A DNA stretch of 64,000 bases, taken from assembly GCA_907165135.1 (NCBI GenBank), contig OU015566.1, positions 11,284,001 to 11,348,000 on the forward strand, given 5' to 3'. Below are positions 1-12,416 of the stretch, piece after piece (within the stretch, counting starts at the first letter, position 1; each line of letters begins with the position of its first letter). The translations under genes were made by a program, and so were the position numbers. The notes beneath the pieces are model-generated. The model saw only the letters and a list, made by a program, of their open reading frames with translations, was not told where the DNA came from and searched no databases. The stretch comes from Oikopleura dioica (Eukaryota > Animalia > Chordata).

Positions 1-671
1 CTGGAACATCAACCCTGATTACTATGCTGGTGGCGAGGATTGGGTGAAGAATGCGACACTTGATTCTGTATTTACAGAAGAACTCTTCAATCGCTCCGTA
101 AGAAGAATGTCTCGAGCGTTTTCTGGCAAAGATTCGAAAGGCGTCCGAATCGTTATTGGGATAGACGTGGTTCTTTCAATCGAGAATATTTATAAATTGT
201 CTGAATCTGAATATGCTTCAACGACATATTTGAACAGCACCCAACAGCTTTGCTTGGGACAAACTTGCGACTGTCTAAATTACCAAAACCTTGAATTGCC
301 ACCTTTTATAACAAAATGTGGCAAAATTCAAGATCAAAATGAATGCGAGAAAAATATCTTTTGCGATTTTGCAGGAAAATGTCAAATAAAGAAGAGATTT
401 GTTAAAAATCGTGATTTCTTCAATTCCCGATGTGAAACGGTAAGTTACGATTCCATTTAATAAGCTGAAGACTTTTTAGAGTTCATATGGAACCTGGATG
501 GCTGGTCTTATTCCTTTGGCGATTTCAATTCTTCTTATTTGTTCAGCGAGTTTTCTGATAACCCGACATCATAAAAATGAGCGGATAAAGATGAAGCAAA
601 TGAAGGACTTGCCTATTCCTGAGAAACAACCTTTCACTGAGAGAATCAGCAAATTATTTCAAATAAAGTGA
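1..671 (+). CDS. 3' part of a type I membrane protein (Cys-rich juxtamembrane region, one TM helix, short cytoplasmic tail); family not identified
   Basis: Frame open from the window start to 439, 40-nt GT-AG intron at 440-479, then SSYGTWMAGLIPLAISILLICSASFLITRHHKN...FQIK* (TGA 669-671). Confidence 0.6.
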
Positions 672-1192
672 ATTTCACCACTGAAAAATTAACAGAAGAA
701 TATCTTGGTATCGTATCATGTGACCAAAACTTACGGAATTATTATGTTGAATAAATTATCGTCTCTGCTCGTAAACATGATCATTAAAATGACAGATTTC
801 TTCGTTAGAATTGTGGGAAGATCATTATTATTTTTTAAGCAAAGAAATCCCTTCTGAAAACCGCACGATTCCAAAAGATCCAACTAGAGATAAAAAATTC
901 TGTTCCTCAAGGTCACCGATAGTTCATCTCGAGTTTTACGCTCCATTTCTGGGAATGGATTGCGATCTGACAAGATATAAAAGCTTTCTCGTTGCGAAAT
1001 CGAGGCATAACTGTATTTTTAGGTTCCAAAAATGGATATTCAGCGACCTTTTCAAGATTCAACCAAGAGAATATTTTTTAGCGAAAAGATTCATAAACAA
1101 AAATTGCTCGCGCTGCCAAAAGAATACTTTTCAGATTCTTTTCGCAGTAGAGCTCGTTCTGGATTGTTTTTATATTAGAATTTTGATTTAAC

Positions 1193-1259
1193 AGAGAACT
1201 CACTTATAGCAACTACAACGACGACTACGACAACAACTACCACAACGACAACTTCCACT

Positions 1260-1293
<34 letters not shown>

Positions 1294-3346
1294 CGACGAC
1301 GACGACGACGACGACCACTACCACCACCACTACCACCACGACTACCACCACCACCACGACTACCACGACCACCACGACCAGGACAACGACGACCACAACG
1401 ACGACCTCTTCGAGAACCTCCACCACAACAACTTCAGTAACATCACCAACTCCATCTTGCCTAACATCAACTGATTTCAACGATGTGTCAGTTTGGGAAA
1501 TCTCAAACGATTTTGACATTCAAGTTCCAGAATCTGTCTACCAATTCGACCATTCTGGCTTTTCCGGTAATGCAGAAGACTGTCAGAGAATGTGTGCAAA
1601 TACAGCTGGCTGCTACAAGGCAAGGGGAAAATTTCAACATAATTCTTGAAAAAAGAGATAAATGTTTCCCCAAAAAAGCTAAACTTTGATTCATCGAGCA
1701 CAACATGCACCCTTCTTGGCAATGCTGCTACGGGATACCTTTCTTCTTCAGCTTTCGCATTGAATGGGATTGACTGCAGTGGGTCATCTTACTCTTGGAC
1801 CGACTACAAAGTCTCTATCGGCGTAAGCGTTCTTTTTGGAACATCAGACTCTCCCGCCGACTTACTTGCGCGCTTGAAACAAAACAACAACTTCTCCTGG
1901 ACTTCCAAGAACGGGGTCACAGATGTTCCCGATTTGATTTACTCGATGTCAGTTTTCTTCGAGCCAGTCATCACTCAGAATACAGCCGGTCTTACAACTC
2001 CTACAGCCGATCAAGTGTGGATCACGTTCGAAGGTCTTATCTACTTCCGCGAAGCTTCAACTTCTTCAAGAAAGCGCCGTCAATCATTTTCAATCAACAC
2101 AATCATCGAGACTCAAGCAGTTGCCGCAGCAAATGATGTTACCGATAACGTGGACTCCGCTGGAGCGACTGTTGACGAAACATCTGAGCCTGAGACAGTG
2201 ATTGAAGAGGTTGAGCCGGTAGTGGTTACAACAACAGAAGCACCAGCAACAACGACAACTGTAGCGCCAGGAGAAACGCCCTGCGATTCCGGAGACATAT
2301 CTTTACAGACATCTGCAAAATGCTGCCCAGATCATTTTGGCATAGCTATCCACAGCTGTGTCTTTGAGAAGTTGAATATGGATCCTTCTGCTGCATCTCT
2401 TGTCGGACAAAATGCAGCAAGTAGCTTCAATCCTCGAACTTCATCATCTACAGCGAATACCTGCGGCGGAACATTGATCAATGGAGAGTATCACTTCGGA
2501 GAACAAGGCAAAATCACCGATTGCGGCAACGAAATAGTTTCTAATGATACCCACATTGTCATAAAAAGCTCGATTCAAGGAGTCGCTGGCGTTCAAGTTG
2601 GAAAAATCACTCGTGAAAGAAGACTAAAAGTGGATTTGGAGTGTGCGTTTCCTCGAGTGCTTAGAGTCAGTACTGGATCGAGCCCAATTATGACATCCTT
2701 GTTCCATTTTGTCGCAGATTTGGGAGAAACGATCGGCAATTTTGATGTTAGCATGGGAGTTTTCAAGGATGCTGCCTTCAGGAATGTCTTCAAAACTGAA
2801 TTTCTCACGTTTTAGAGCAATTTAAAAAGACAAAATAGCACGAATTTTGCTGCTGACGAGATCGTTTCGATTCCCCAGCCTCTTTTTGTCAAATCTGCGC
2901 TTGAATCTGCTTCTGACAACTTTAAACTTCAACTCAATCGCTGCTGGGCAACTCCAAAGTAAGAATAAGCTTCGATTTTCATATGTTACAGTAATTTTAG
3001 TGATGACCCTCAAGATGAAATCTCGTATTCCTTTGTTGAAAATTTCTGCGGCAATGAGGCTGAAATCTCGGGTGATACTTTGGAGATCTTCGAAAACGGA
3101 GAAGAGAGTTTTGCGAGCTTCAGATTGACTTCTTTTGAGTTCAATGATGCCTCAACGGTTTTCCTTCATTGCGATGTTAGAATTTGCGACTCAAGGTAAG
3201 CAAAACGCCGTTGTGTCCCAGATAATAATAATTTCAGCATTGAAAATTGCGTTCCGAACTGTTCTTCAAGAAGAAAACGAAGATCAATCGATGATGAAAA
3301 TTATCATACTATCACTTCTGGTCCTATTCAAGTGTTCTCCCCTTGA
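1193..3346 (+). CDS. Secreted mucin-like ZP-domain protein: poly-Thr stalk, PAN/apple-like module, spacer ending in RKRR, ZP-N/ZP-C, furin site RRKRR, no TM; 5' end unresolved (possibly near 780-810)
   Basis: DCQRMCANTAGCYK|LNFDSSSTTCTLL joined across a GC-AG intron (1620-1678). ZP motifs: KCCPDHFGIAI, DCGN, VDLECAFP, FDVSMGVFKD, QPLFV, KLQLNRCWATP, VFLHCDVRICDS, CSSRRKRRS, ITSGPIQV. Confidence 0.8.
1212..1433 (+). repeat. Poly-threonine (ACN)n coding repeat, mucin-type stalk
   Basis: About 70 near-contiguous ACA/ACG/ACC/ACT codons in frame with the downstream PAN exon. Confidence 0.9.
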
Positions 3347-3469
3347 AAAAATCCAAATAAACATGCTATTTATAGTATAAATTTTATGCTATTGATTCAA
3401 TAGTATTGAATAAAGAGAACCACGAAATCAATTTTTCTCTAGAACATAGTCTTCCTTGTTATCATTGGA

Positions 3470-4998
3470 ATGCATTTATCGCAGATCAATCAGTTTAAAA
3501 GAGAGTTCGCTCGTGCGAAAAGAGCGAAAATGACTTTGTAAGTGATTAATGTTCAAAAATTTATTTGAATAATATAATTTTATTATTTTTTTCATAAATT
3601 AAATTCAAGAGAATGCTTCGGCTGCATCAAAAAGGAACCAGAACAAAACTCAAGAAATAAAAATCTCATCAAGAAGGACCAATCCGATATTCTAACATCT
3701 CTCAGCAAATATAAAATGATGGTAATTCAGCTCGCTTCTTTCTTGTCTGACTTATTTCTAGCACATCGTGTGTCTGATACTCGCAGTAACCTTCAAAATA
3801 ACTCAGTACTTTTTCAACAATCAGCCGCTTCCTTGCAACCATGCCGATATAATAGAATCACTGACGAGCGCCGATCGTAATAATTCAAGGAAGTCGCTTT
3901 CCATTCATACATCTGCGGATGTTGAAGCTGCCATTCAATTAGGTATTTTAGCTTTCCATAGAAAGTCATCTGTAACCATTTTTAGAGCTTGAATTTGCGT
4001 GTTACTACAAAGCAAACTGTTCCGACATTCTTCCAGTGTGGAATGACGCTACAATTAACTTCAACACTCCACTGAACACGACTTTACCCGAGGAAGGGTG
4101 TGCCCCGATAGATACAGATTGTGTGACATGCTGTCCAGAAACTCTCTGCCCGCCAGACGCATTTGGATTGCCGGAAGACATTTCCATGCCTTCCTTTATC
4201 CAGCTCTACGACTCGTATCACCCACGTGCTCTTCAAGCGAATAATATCTTCGTTTTCTGGGATTTTCTCTGGATATTCTTTGGCATGCTCGTCTGGTACA
4301 GAGTGCAGTCTCTCAAAGACGTAAGTAACATTTCTTCAATTCCAAAATTGACCTCTTTTTAGATGAATCTGGTCAATGTTCCCGTAGTTATCGACGAAAA
4401 GGATATCGGCACGATTTCACTGCAGTGTCTCCTTGCTACAGTCACGATGGTTTTCTATGCAACAGATGCCGCTTGCTCCTGGCTCTGGCTGTATTTGCAT
4501 GACAGGGAACGACTTCAGGTCGAGCATGCTTCGTATTTCACAGTGGAAGCAAGAAATAAGTCCCTAGGCTCGGTTTGATAAAAAATTTCTTTATCATTCA
4601 TCTTTAAAAAATATCATGAAAACCGAACAAAGCTGCGTGGCACACTTGCTATGTGCTTTTGATTATGAATCCGGCAATCTTCCTTTCTGTGCAAATGAAG
4701 AAGAAGCTTTGCAAGTACGAAGAGTTGCAATTTGCAAGAGAATCGTAAGATCGTTTCTGTGCGGTTCTACTTTATTTTATTTATTTATTTATATAATATT
4801 GTATCACAAAATATACCGAATATTTTCACAGCCACCTTTTGAAATCATGGAAGAGAACGATTTGTAGTCATTCTTTGGTTGAACTGGGCAGGTTTCCCAT
4901 CACTTGTTTCTAACTCGTTGACCTTGAAGAGGCGGCGATTCTTATTCGGAAATGAACGGGATAAAGAAGTGATTCGAAATGAAAACAATTTCGAATGA
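3470..4998 (+). CDS. Multi-exon membrane protein with Cys-rich extracellular loop; family unknown; both ends uncertain
   Basis: GT-AG bounded exons give HIVCLILAVTFKITQYFF..., ACYYKANC...GCAPIDTDCVTCCPETLCPP..., NIFVFWDFLWIFFGMLVWY, ISLQCLLATVTMVFYATDAACSWLWLYL. Confidence 0.5.
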
Positions 4999-5463
4999 AG
5001 TCTCTCGAGTGACCCTTGTCGCGCTCCTCCCGTCAAAGGCCTAATCCAGTCGCTTGCTAACAGTTGTGCCCAAGTGCCCAGATTTTCTCTTTTGGGCACA
5101 CAAAGGGAGGGAGAAAATAGACACTGATCCTTGTAAGGGTGCTCGAGCCAGATGCCCAGCTTGCTTTTATTTTCGTTTACTAAATTAATGACTTTGATTG
5201 AACAACATTGTTCTTATTATTTATTTTACGGACAAAATTTTTAATCCCTTATTGAAACATCTTGAGAAAATGGCTCAGGCACCTCCGGCCAGGGTCGAAC
5301 TTGAGCTCGGCGGGATGCCTCCCGGAGTGATTTCGAGTAGGATTTAAAAATCTGCGAAATAATAAAATGCTCGCCGCAGGGGCGCGTGCCCTAAGCTTGA
5401 TACATCTGGGCAGCATGAGCGTATGCTAATCGAATCTGGATGTTATATGTCGAAAGGCTGGGT

Positions 5464-6168
5464 CAGAGTTCAAAAATTTTCGGCTCCCGGGCAGGGGAGC
5501 GGCGGCCGGCCGGGCGCGGGCACGCTGCCCGCCTGCGCCCCCGGGCCTCGCGGCCTCAAGCGCCCGAGCCCGTCAGAGGCCGCGGCCAGTTTTTATGATT
5601 ACACCGTGCCCGCCTGAGCCCCTGGGCCTCGCGGCCTCAGGCGCCCGAGCCCGTCAGGGGCCGCGGCCAGTTTTCGTAAGAAAAGAAGAAATTTTCGCCG
5701 AAAACTTTGAAATTTTAAATAAAAATTGAGACTTTTGTCGGAAACCCGTGAAAGAGTTCTCTTTAAAAATGACCCCTAAAATTGGCTAAAAATTTGGTCT
5801 AAATCAAGATTTTTGCAAATTTCCGAACTTTTTATACCGTTTTCGCATATTTTTTGACTGTAAACTTATTCAAGTCATCGAATTGAAGCTGAAAATACCG
5901 ATTGAAATTTGGTCACTTTGTACTCGCGGGCGCGGCCGGGCGCGAGCAGGAGGGCAAGGGCCCGCGCCCGCGTGAGCCCGCGGGCACCTTCAATTTCTTG
6001 CCCGCGCCCTCGTACGCCCGCGGGCACCTTCAGTTTCGGGCCCGTGCCCACCTGAGCCCCCGAGCTTCATCAATTTTGTGCCCGCGCCCGCCTGAGCCCC
6101 CGACCATTTTTCCATTCCGAGCCCGCGCCCGCCTGTGCCCGGGCAAATCGCGGGGTTTTTGAACTCTG
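5464..6168. mobile_element. Non-autonomous hAT-like DNA transposon (705 bp)
   Basis: Perfect 13-bp TIRs CAGAGTTCAAAAA (5464-5476) / TTTTTGAACTCTG (6156-6168); perfect 8-bp TSD GGCTGGGT (5456-5463, 6169-6176); GC-rich repetitive subterminal arms; no transposase ORF. Confidence 0.9.
5527..5674. repeat. Tandem 67-bp GC-rich duplication inside the hAT-like element
   Basis: 5527-5593 vs 5608-5674, 4 mismatches. Confidence 0.9.
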
Positions 6169-9100
6169 GGCTGGGTCGCCATGAAACCATAAATCTTCGC
6201 TCGCTGAAATTCACAGTAAAATTTTGTGAATATTAATTATTTTGTTGGCACTGGAGGTTTTTTCCCAAGTCGCAAAAAAGGTGCAGAGCGTTAACGGAGG
6301 ATGTCGGCAGGGTTGTAATCCGCTGGCCACCACCTGGTGGAAGGGGCAATATATCCGCTAGAATGTTGTTCCACGTGAGTAGCTACAAGCATTTACATTT
6401 ACTTTGCGCAAAAGCTGGAAAGCGCTTGTTTAGGCTTAGCCGATTTGAGCTCGCTGTGATTGAGGAAATCCCCCTTACCGAAATCAGTATATCAGTATTT
6501 TTCCGGATAAAGTCGGTTTATTTGGAGATGGAAATACAAGTCATAACGTTTTCGTGATTTGAGTATTTCAACTTTTTTCTTTTACTTGACACGAGCGGGG
6601 AGGCCGACTTTTGTGGTGACAGTGGAACATGACACGTGACATGTAGAACTTGTCAAAGGCGCACGACAAGAACATGGAGAAGGTATTCAAAGCGCGGATT
6701 TCGAAGCGGGAAATGCGCCAGATCTGATTTCGTTTCCTCCTTACTAGAAAATTTACCAGTTGTAGCGATAATTCTAAGCTACATTAAAAGTAATCGACAG
6801 AAGCTGGCGATCCTAAATCAAAAGCGTCTAAAGCTGTCAATCGTCGATTTTGATTGATTCGAAAGTATTCAAATTTACCCATAAAAATCGGCATGCAGCA
6901 CGCATTTTATTATACCAGCCTCGCAACTAAAATAACAACGAGAAATGCAGCTGCTCCAATTTAACCTTCAGAAAGTGGGTGACGTTACGGCCATTATCGA
7001 AATTAGTAAATTTCTAATTGCAAGGCCTTCGATTCGCAAATCGGTGATTAGCCGGATAATTCGCGACAATAAGGAGCACCACCTCCCGCTGAGTCTTTCC
7101 TTGCCTCGGGGCGCGTGCCCAAAACCTCTCTCCACTCGAGGCAAAAACCAGATGATCCCTTCTTGATTGAATAGGCACTTGGTGCAGTACTCAGAAGCGA
7201 TTTGCTCCAACTTCTTTCTGAAAAGAAATAAAAGGACTGAACACGGCTTATTCTCCATTTGTCATCCTCTTTGAAGCGGCCTGTTTTTATGAGGTCGGTA
7301 AGCGACAGATTTTTACCGGATAATGACCTTGTCCAGCGCCTTCAATATCCGACAGTTGGAAAGGGGAACGCAAGGAGACCGAAACGCAGGTACTTATCGC
7401 GGAGTAAAGGTGTTGTTCGGCGGTGGATCAAAGGGAGTATTGTGCAGGACGAAGATGATCCTACTGATCTGTGTTGGTAATACAGAACTTTGAATTTTTA
7501 AACACCATCAACTTATTTTGACGCTTTCGACTCATGGATTTCAACCCTTGTTTTCCTTTTTGTCGATAGTAAAAAGATTTCTAGATGTAAACATGGCGTT
7601 GTGTTTGAAAGTATCATGTCAATTAGAGTGCTTCTAAGCTGGATTAGCAATAGAAGAACACATTGATTAATGCTGCGATCAGTGCAAGAGAGGGACAGAT
7701 AGCTCGAGTCATGTGACACTTGCGAGTTCAATAATCCGGAAAAGCCCCTACTGACCCGGTAATCAAAGGCCCGGAAATCCAACATGCCCAAGATGGCCAA
7801 GATTTCGACGCTTCTACGAATTCTCAACTCGTGAATAGAAAAAAATAGATGCCATTCGCTACAATAACTCAATTAGCCACACTCAAACAGGAAGATTTAA
7901 ATTTTTAATAAGAAGGCTCTGACGCTTTATGAATAATTTTTGGCGTGCGTTTTTACGTTCGTTTGTGTTTATCGAAACCCTTGTTATGAAGCTCGCCGGA
8001 AGTGTTGCGTGAGATATTGCCCTTGATGATTTGGCCAATTTAGCATTATTAAACTTGCAAATCGGTGAAAACCAGCGCCTTAGGAATTTAGTCATGCTTC
8101 TCTATTTCTGAAGGTAAATTCTGATTTACTGGCTAATCCGCCCCGCCAAAGGCACAGTATGATAGTAATTCATACAGTTTGACGGCTGTATAATTCGCCG
8201 CCATCTTTTCTTGTCTGGTCGACGATGACCGAATCGATCCGAAAATCGTCTGATCATCGCCGCACCGCGAAAAATTCAGATACGCAAAGCCGTGCGGATT
8301 TGGCACCAACTCGGAGTTTCTTGAAAAAAAGTGCAAAATTGATTGATCAACGCTGGGAAAATCACTTGCAAGAAAGATTTCGCGAATGAAGAAATGATTT
8401 TGATTATGACAGTAGGCGCAAAATGTCGGCATCTAATTGCCCATCCGAAGCGTTTCTAGGGCACTTTTTCGATCTTCAGAAGGCTTTAGGAGCGAATTTG
8501 GGCGATAGAAAACATCTGATGGACTGTTAGATACTGACGTTTGGTGATTTCTGCATCGAAGACAAATTTCTTTTAAAAATTATTCTAGAATAAATGTCTC
8601 CAGGTACCCTCAAAATCAAAAAATCGCAATTTCCCCAGATTTGGATTACGAAAAAAGGGATTTCGTAAAACCTATCCAGAGCCCCTTTTACCGGCCTTCT
8701 GTTTCTAGAACCAGAAAATGGGGCGATCTGTTGTCACCATTTCTCCATGTTTCTCTTTCTCGTTGAACTAAAAATTCAAAGAGAAACAGAAAAAAGTACA
8801 ACCAGTCTTCCTGTAGGGATCCTCAGGAAAAAAGTAACCGCATCGATCATCTGCCGCAGATTCTTTCCAAAAAGTTTCCAACAGGCAAGAATTCCTAAAA
8901 CTCATTTTCAACCCTCAGTAACAATTAAAACAGTCAACCACGCGCGAAACCGGTTTCAACCAAAAATTGGCTCAATTAAAGAATTTTCCAAAATATCTGA
9001 ATTTTGCGCCTGTCACGAATTACTCAATCAGATTTTCTTAGAAGCTTCAATTTTAAAACTCGAAAACAAGGTCTTCTTTTTCGAAAAACCCCGATTTAAA

Positions 9101-10585
9101 TGTTAAAATCAAGAATTTGTAATCAATCAAAATAAGCTCTTCCTTGAAATTGTCGACTTAGACTCGAAGGGTTAAAAATCTCGGTCGAAAAACTCGGCGA
9201 AAGTTCGCACTATTTCGTCCTAAAATCCAACTAGCGAAATAAAGAACTCTAAGTTATCAAGATCCACACCTTTTAAACCCAATCTCCACTGTGCTAAAAA
9301 CCCTAAAATTCGACCAGAAATGCTCGAAATCGTCACGAAATCCGCAGTGCGCGAAAAGGGTTATTTTCGCGCAGAATCCGAAAAACGCCCACTTTTCCTC
9401 TTCCTCCCCTTCCCCAATTCTTCCCCAGTAGGTTTACCTCTCCAATTTATTGTCAAAAAGTATAGGGCGATTTTGTACCTAATTCAGCCAATCACACATC
9501 CGCTAGAACTTCTTCTGATTTAGCTCACTTTTTTAAGAAAAAAATCCAAAATTCGACCATTTTAAAAAATCATTGTTTTTCTGGCCATTACCGAGAGACA
9601 GAGCCATTTTGCTAACAGTACCTTGGCTACAGTTTATGACAGGTAGAGTCAGCTAGAGAAATTAATAAATTTCGTCGGGTCACATGCGGTCGACGAATGA
9701 GCGGCCGGTGATTGGCCGGCTGCTCTGGGAGCTTCCGCAGAAGTCTATCAGACGATTTTAACAAAAATAGACCCTTCCCAGTTTCCGCGAATTTCGAATG
9801 AGCCGATGAGTCATTACGAAACTATGACGAATTCTGTGAGAGAACGAAAAAAATGAACTTTGTTCTTTTAGCAGCAGAGAGGATAATCGAAAACGTCACG
9901 ATTCGAAGATCGTTACAGTAGGGGAACTCTACTGATACTACTATTGATAAGCTACTGCTAATTGTCTGCTGGAAGAGAGATTCGATTTACAGGAATTTCA
10001 GGAAGGGGGATGAATTTTTTATTTTAATTTTTATTTTATAAAATAAGGTCAATTTAGCAGTACCGCTGACATTGTTTTAAAATTAATAATTTGCTCAATA
10101 TTGGAGCTTTTCATGTTGGGAAAATAGTTTTATTTTGATGTTTGATACTCATATGCTCCTTATAGTGAAGAGATTATGTAGAAATTATTCATGTTCTTTT
10201 TCATCATATTCTCAGAATGATCGCCTTCGTTTTTGTATATTCTTCCGACCTAATAACGCCCTTGAACTTGTCTACCTCTTTTTCAAAACGCGGTTATTCT
10301 CGGAAAGTGCTCAAACTCGCCACTTTGATTTTGGCGCGGCGTTTTGATTTGATGATCCTTTTTTTCAGGCGGCGCGCGCATGCACCTGCTTGCACACGCT
10401 TTCCTCCTCTTCGCGTAAAACGCTTGTAATAGCGCGGTATCATGAGCCACAATAAAGGATAAATACACAACTTTTAGCGGCCAATAAAATTTGCAACATC
10501 GCGGCTAATAAAGATCCTTATATCGGGGCGAAAACCCTCTGATCTTTGCTTGTTTTGTTGTTTCAAAAGATGGCTCCACTGAAGT

Positions 10586-10783
10586 TATTTGAAAATCGTT
10601 AAGGGTGTCCCTTCAATCCTTGGATTAAAAAGTCAGATTAGAAATAAGGGATACCGAGTACCGAAAGAATCTTGTATGGAGAAAGAAATACCTTCAAAAT
10701 GATTTTATCCACCCAGGTCCCTTATTACTAGTATGATATTTTAATCCTACTATTGAAGGGACACCCTTATCGATTTTCAAATA
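10586..10783. mobile_element. ~200-bp hairpin/MITE-like inverted repeat
   Basis: TATTTGAAAATCGTTAAGGGTGTCCCTTCAAT (10586-10617) is the inverse of 10752-10783 (31/32 match). Complementarity continues inward with mismatches (GGATTAAAAA, AATAAGGGA). Confidence 0.7.
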
Positions 10784-12416
10784 GCTCTTATGAATTTTTA
10801 AATAATGTTCATTCTTGCACTTCCCATACTTTCGCCAACTAAGCTTCATTACATAAATTAACCCAGATCCAACTCTAAAATCAACACGAATCTAACATCA
10901 TTTTTTTCGATTACGATCAGCTGGTGCATTCGCTGTAGATTTTCCGCTACGCATGAAAAATTAACCCCTGTCAATGGGTTGCCATCCATTCTCTTCGCCT
11001 GCACCTGAGTAACGCTTTTGTTTTCGAAATTATGAAATTTATGAAACAGCTAGATGAGTGCAATTATAGTTAGTGGGAGATGGATTAGCTCTTTGGGATT
11101 CTTTGAAAAGTGGGGATTAGGCGATTGTTCTGATCGATCAGATTATTGAAAAAATTTAAAAGGATCTTCAATTCTTTTTTTAATATAATGGCATTGAATT
11201 TCATTTGCCTTTGTAATAGAGTAAATGCTCAGGACAGAATAACTGCAAATATTGTATTTGTAATTACAAAGTTTTGGTCGCATCTGCCCACTTCCCGTGG
11301 ACAGTTACGGATTAGCCAAACTTCCCTCCAGCTCCCAAATAAATCCCCAAGTCGCATTTATTCCCGTGCTTGGCCATAAATCTGCCACTTGACTGCCGTC
11401 AGCACTGTCACTTTCAGCATTGCCGAGTGCATTTAGCGCGCTTTTGCACTTTATTTCATTTTTATTATCTTCGCCGAATCATTTCATTTTATTGCGCTCT
11501 TGCATTTGTAAAAGAGGCTGTTCAACCTTTTTCGAATTGATTCCCGATTTTGGGTAATTTGAAGGCGATTCGGGATATGGGTCCAATTCGGGCAAAGGTT
11601 AACCTTTCGATTATCAGATGTTTCTTCTTTTCTGGACATAAATCAAGATTCGAGCTAATTTATTGCGATATCTTCTACTCTAAATCTACCTGTCGTTTTT
11701 TCTAATAATTGTTAACACTTGAATTCTTACTGAAAAGTTTGATAGTAAAGATATCCCCGTAAAGTAGCCTAGAATCTTGATTTTCTTCATTGAAAGAGAT
11801 GTAATTTGCGGTTCAGAACCTACCAAATCTTTTGAAGCAGTGATTGTGTGCCTTTGAAGCCATAACTTTCCACGGGAAGCATTTAATTTGTCGACTTTTA
11901 CTTTCTTTCCCAAAGGTGTGAATATATTTTACCAGCAAACATTCCAGGCCTCCCTTCGCGCACTTGATGAGTTGCTTACTTTTTTACATAGATTTTCCGG
12001 AGAACAGCGGGAATTAGAAGTCATAATTCACCTCCATTACAGCGAACTTATCCATTGCCAAGCTGCTCGTCACGCCAAGCCCGAGGAGAAAATTTCTCGC
12101 TCGTCGCCACGAACGCACCCGCCATCACCCGCTTCAACCGCACAGCGCCACCTCACGACGCGCTGCCACTGCGCCATACTGTACGCTGCTCTAATATAAC
12201 GACGCGTCGGAGCTGATCGTCATATCAACTCTTTCTCCCTCTCTCAAAACCGCAACAAGAAAACGAAAAGCTTGAAGCCTCCAATAGAAGCTCCAGCAAA
12301 AACTCAAAACCAAAGAGATCAAAAAAGAAAACTTAGAGATTTCCCGCTAGAAAAAGAAGTATTAGGCAAACCTTCCCAAAACCTACTTGAACGAAAAGAA
12401 AAGAACGAATACAATC

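Noticed and set aside
1175-1519. Minus-strand poly-valine ORF
   Set aside because: Antisense reading of the (ACN)n Thr repeat; the plus frame links to the PAN/ZP exons.
5423-6214. Pro/Arg/Ala/Gly-rich ORFs
   Set aside because: Produced by the stop-poor GC-rich arms of the hAT-like element.
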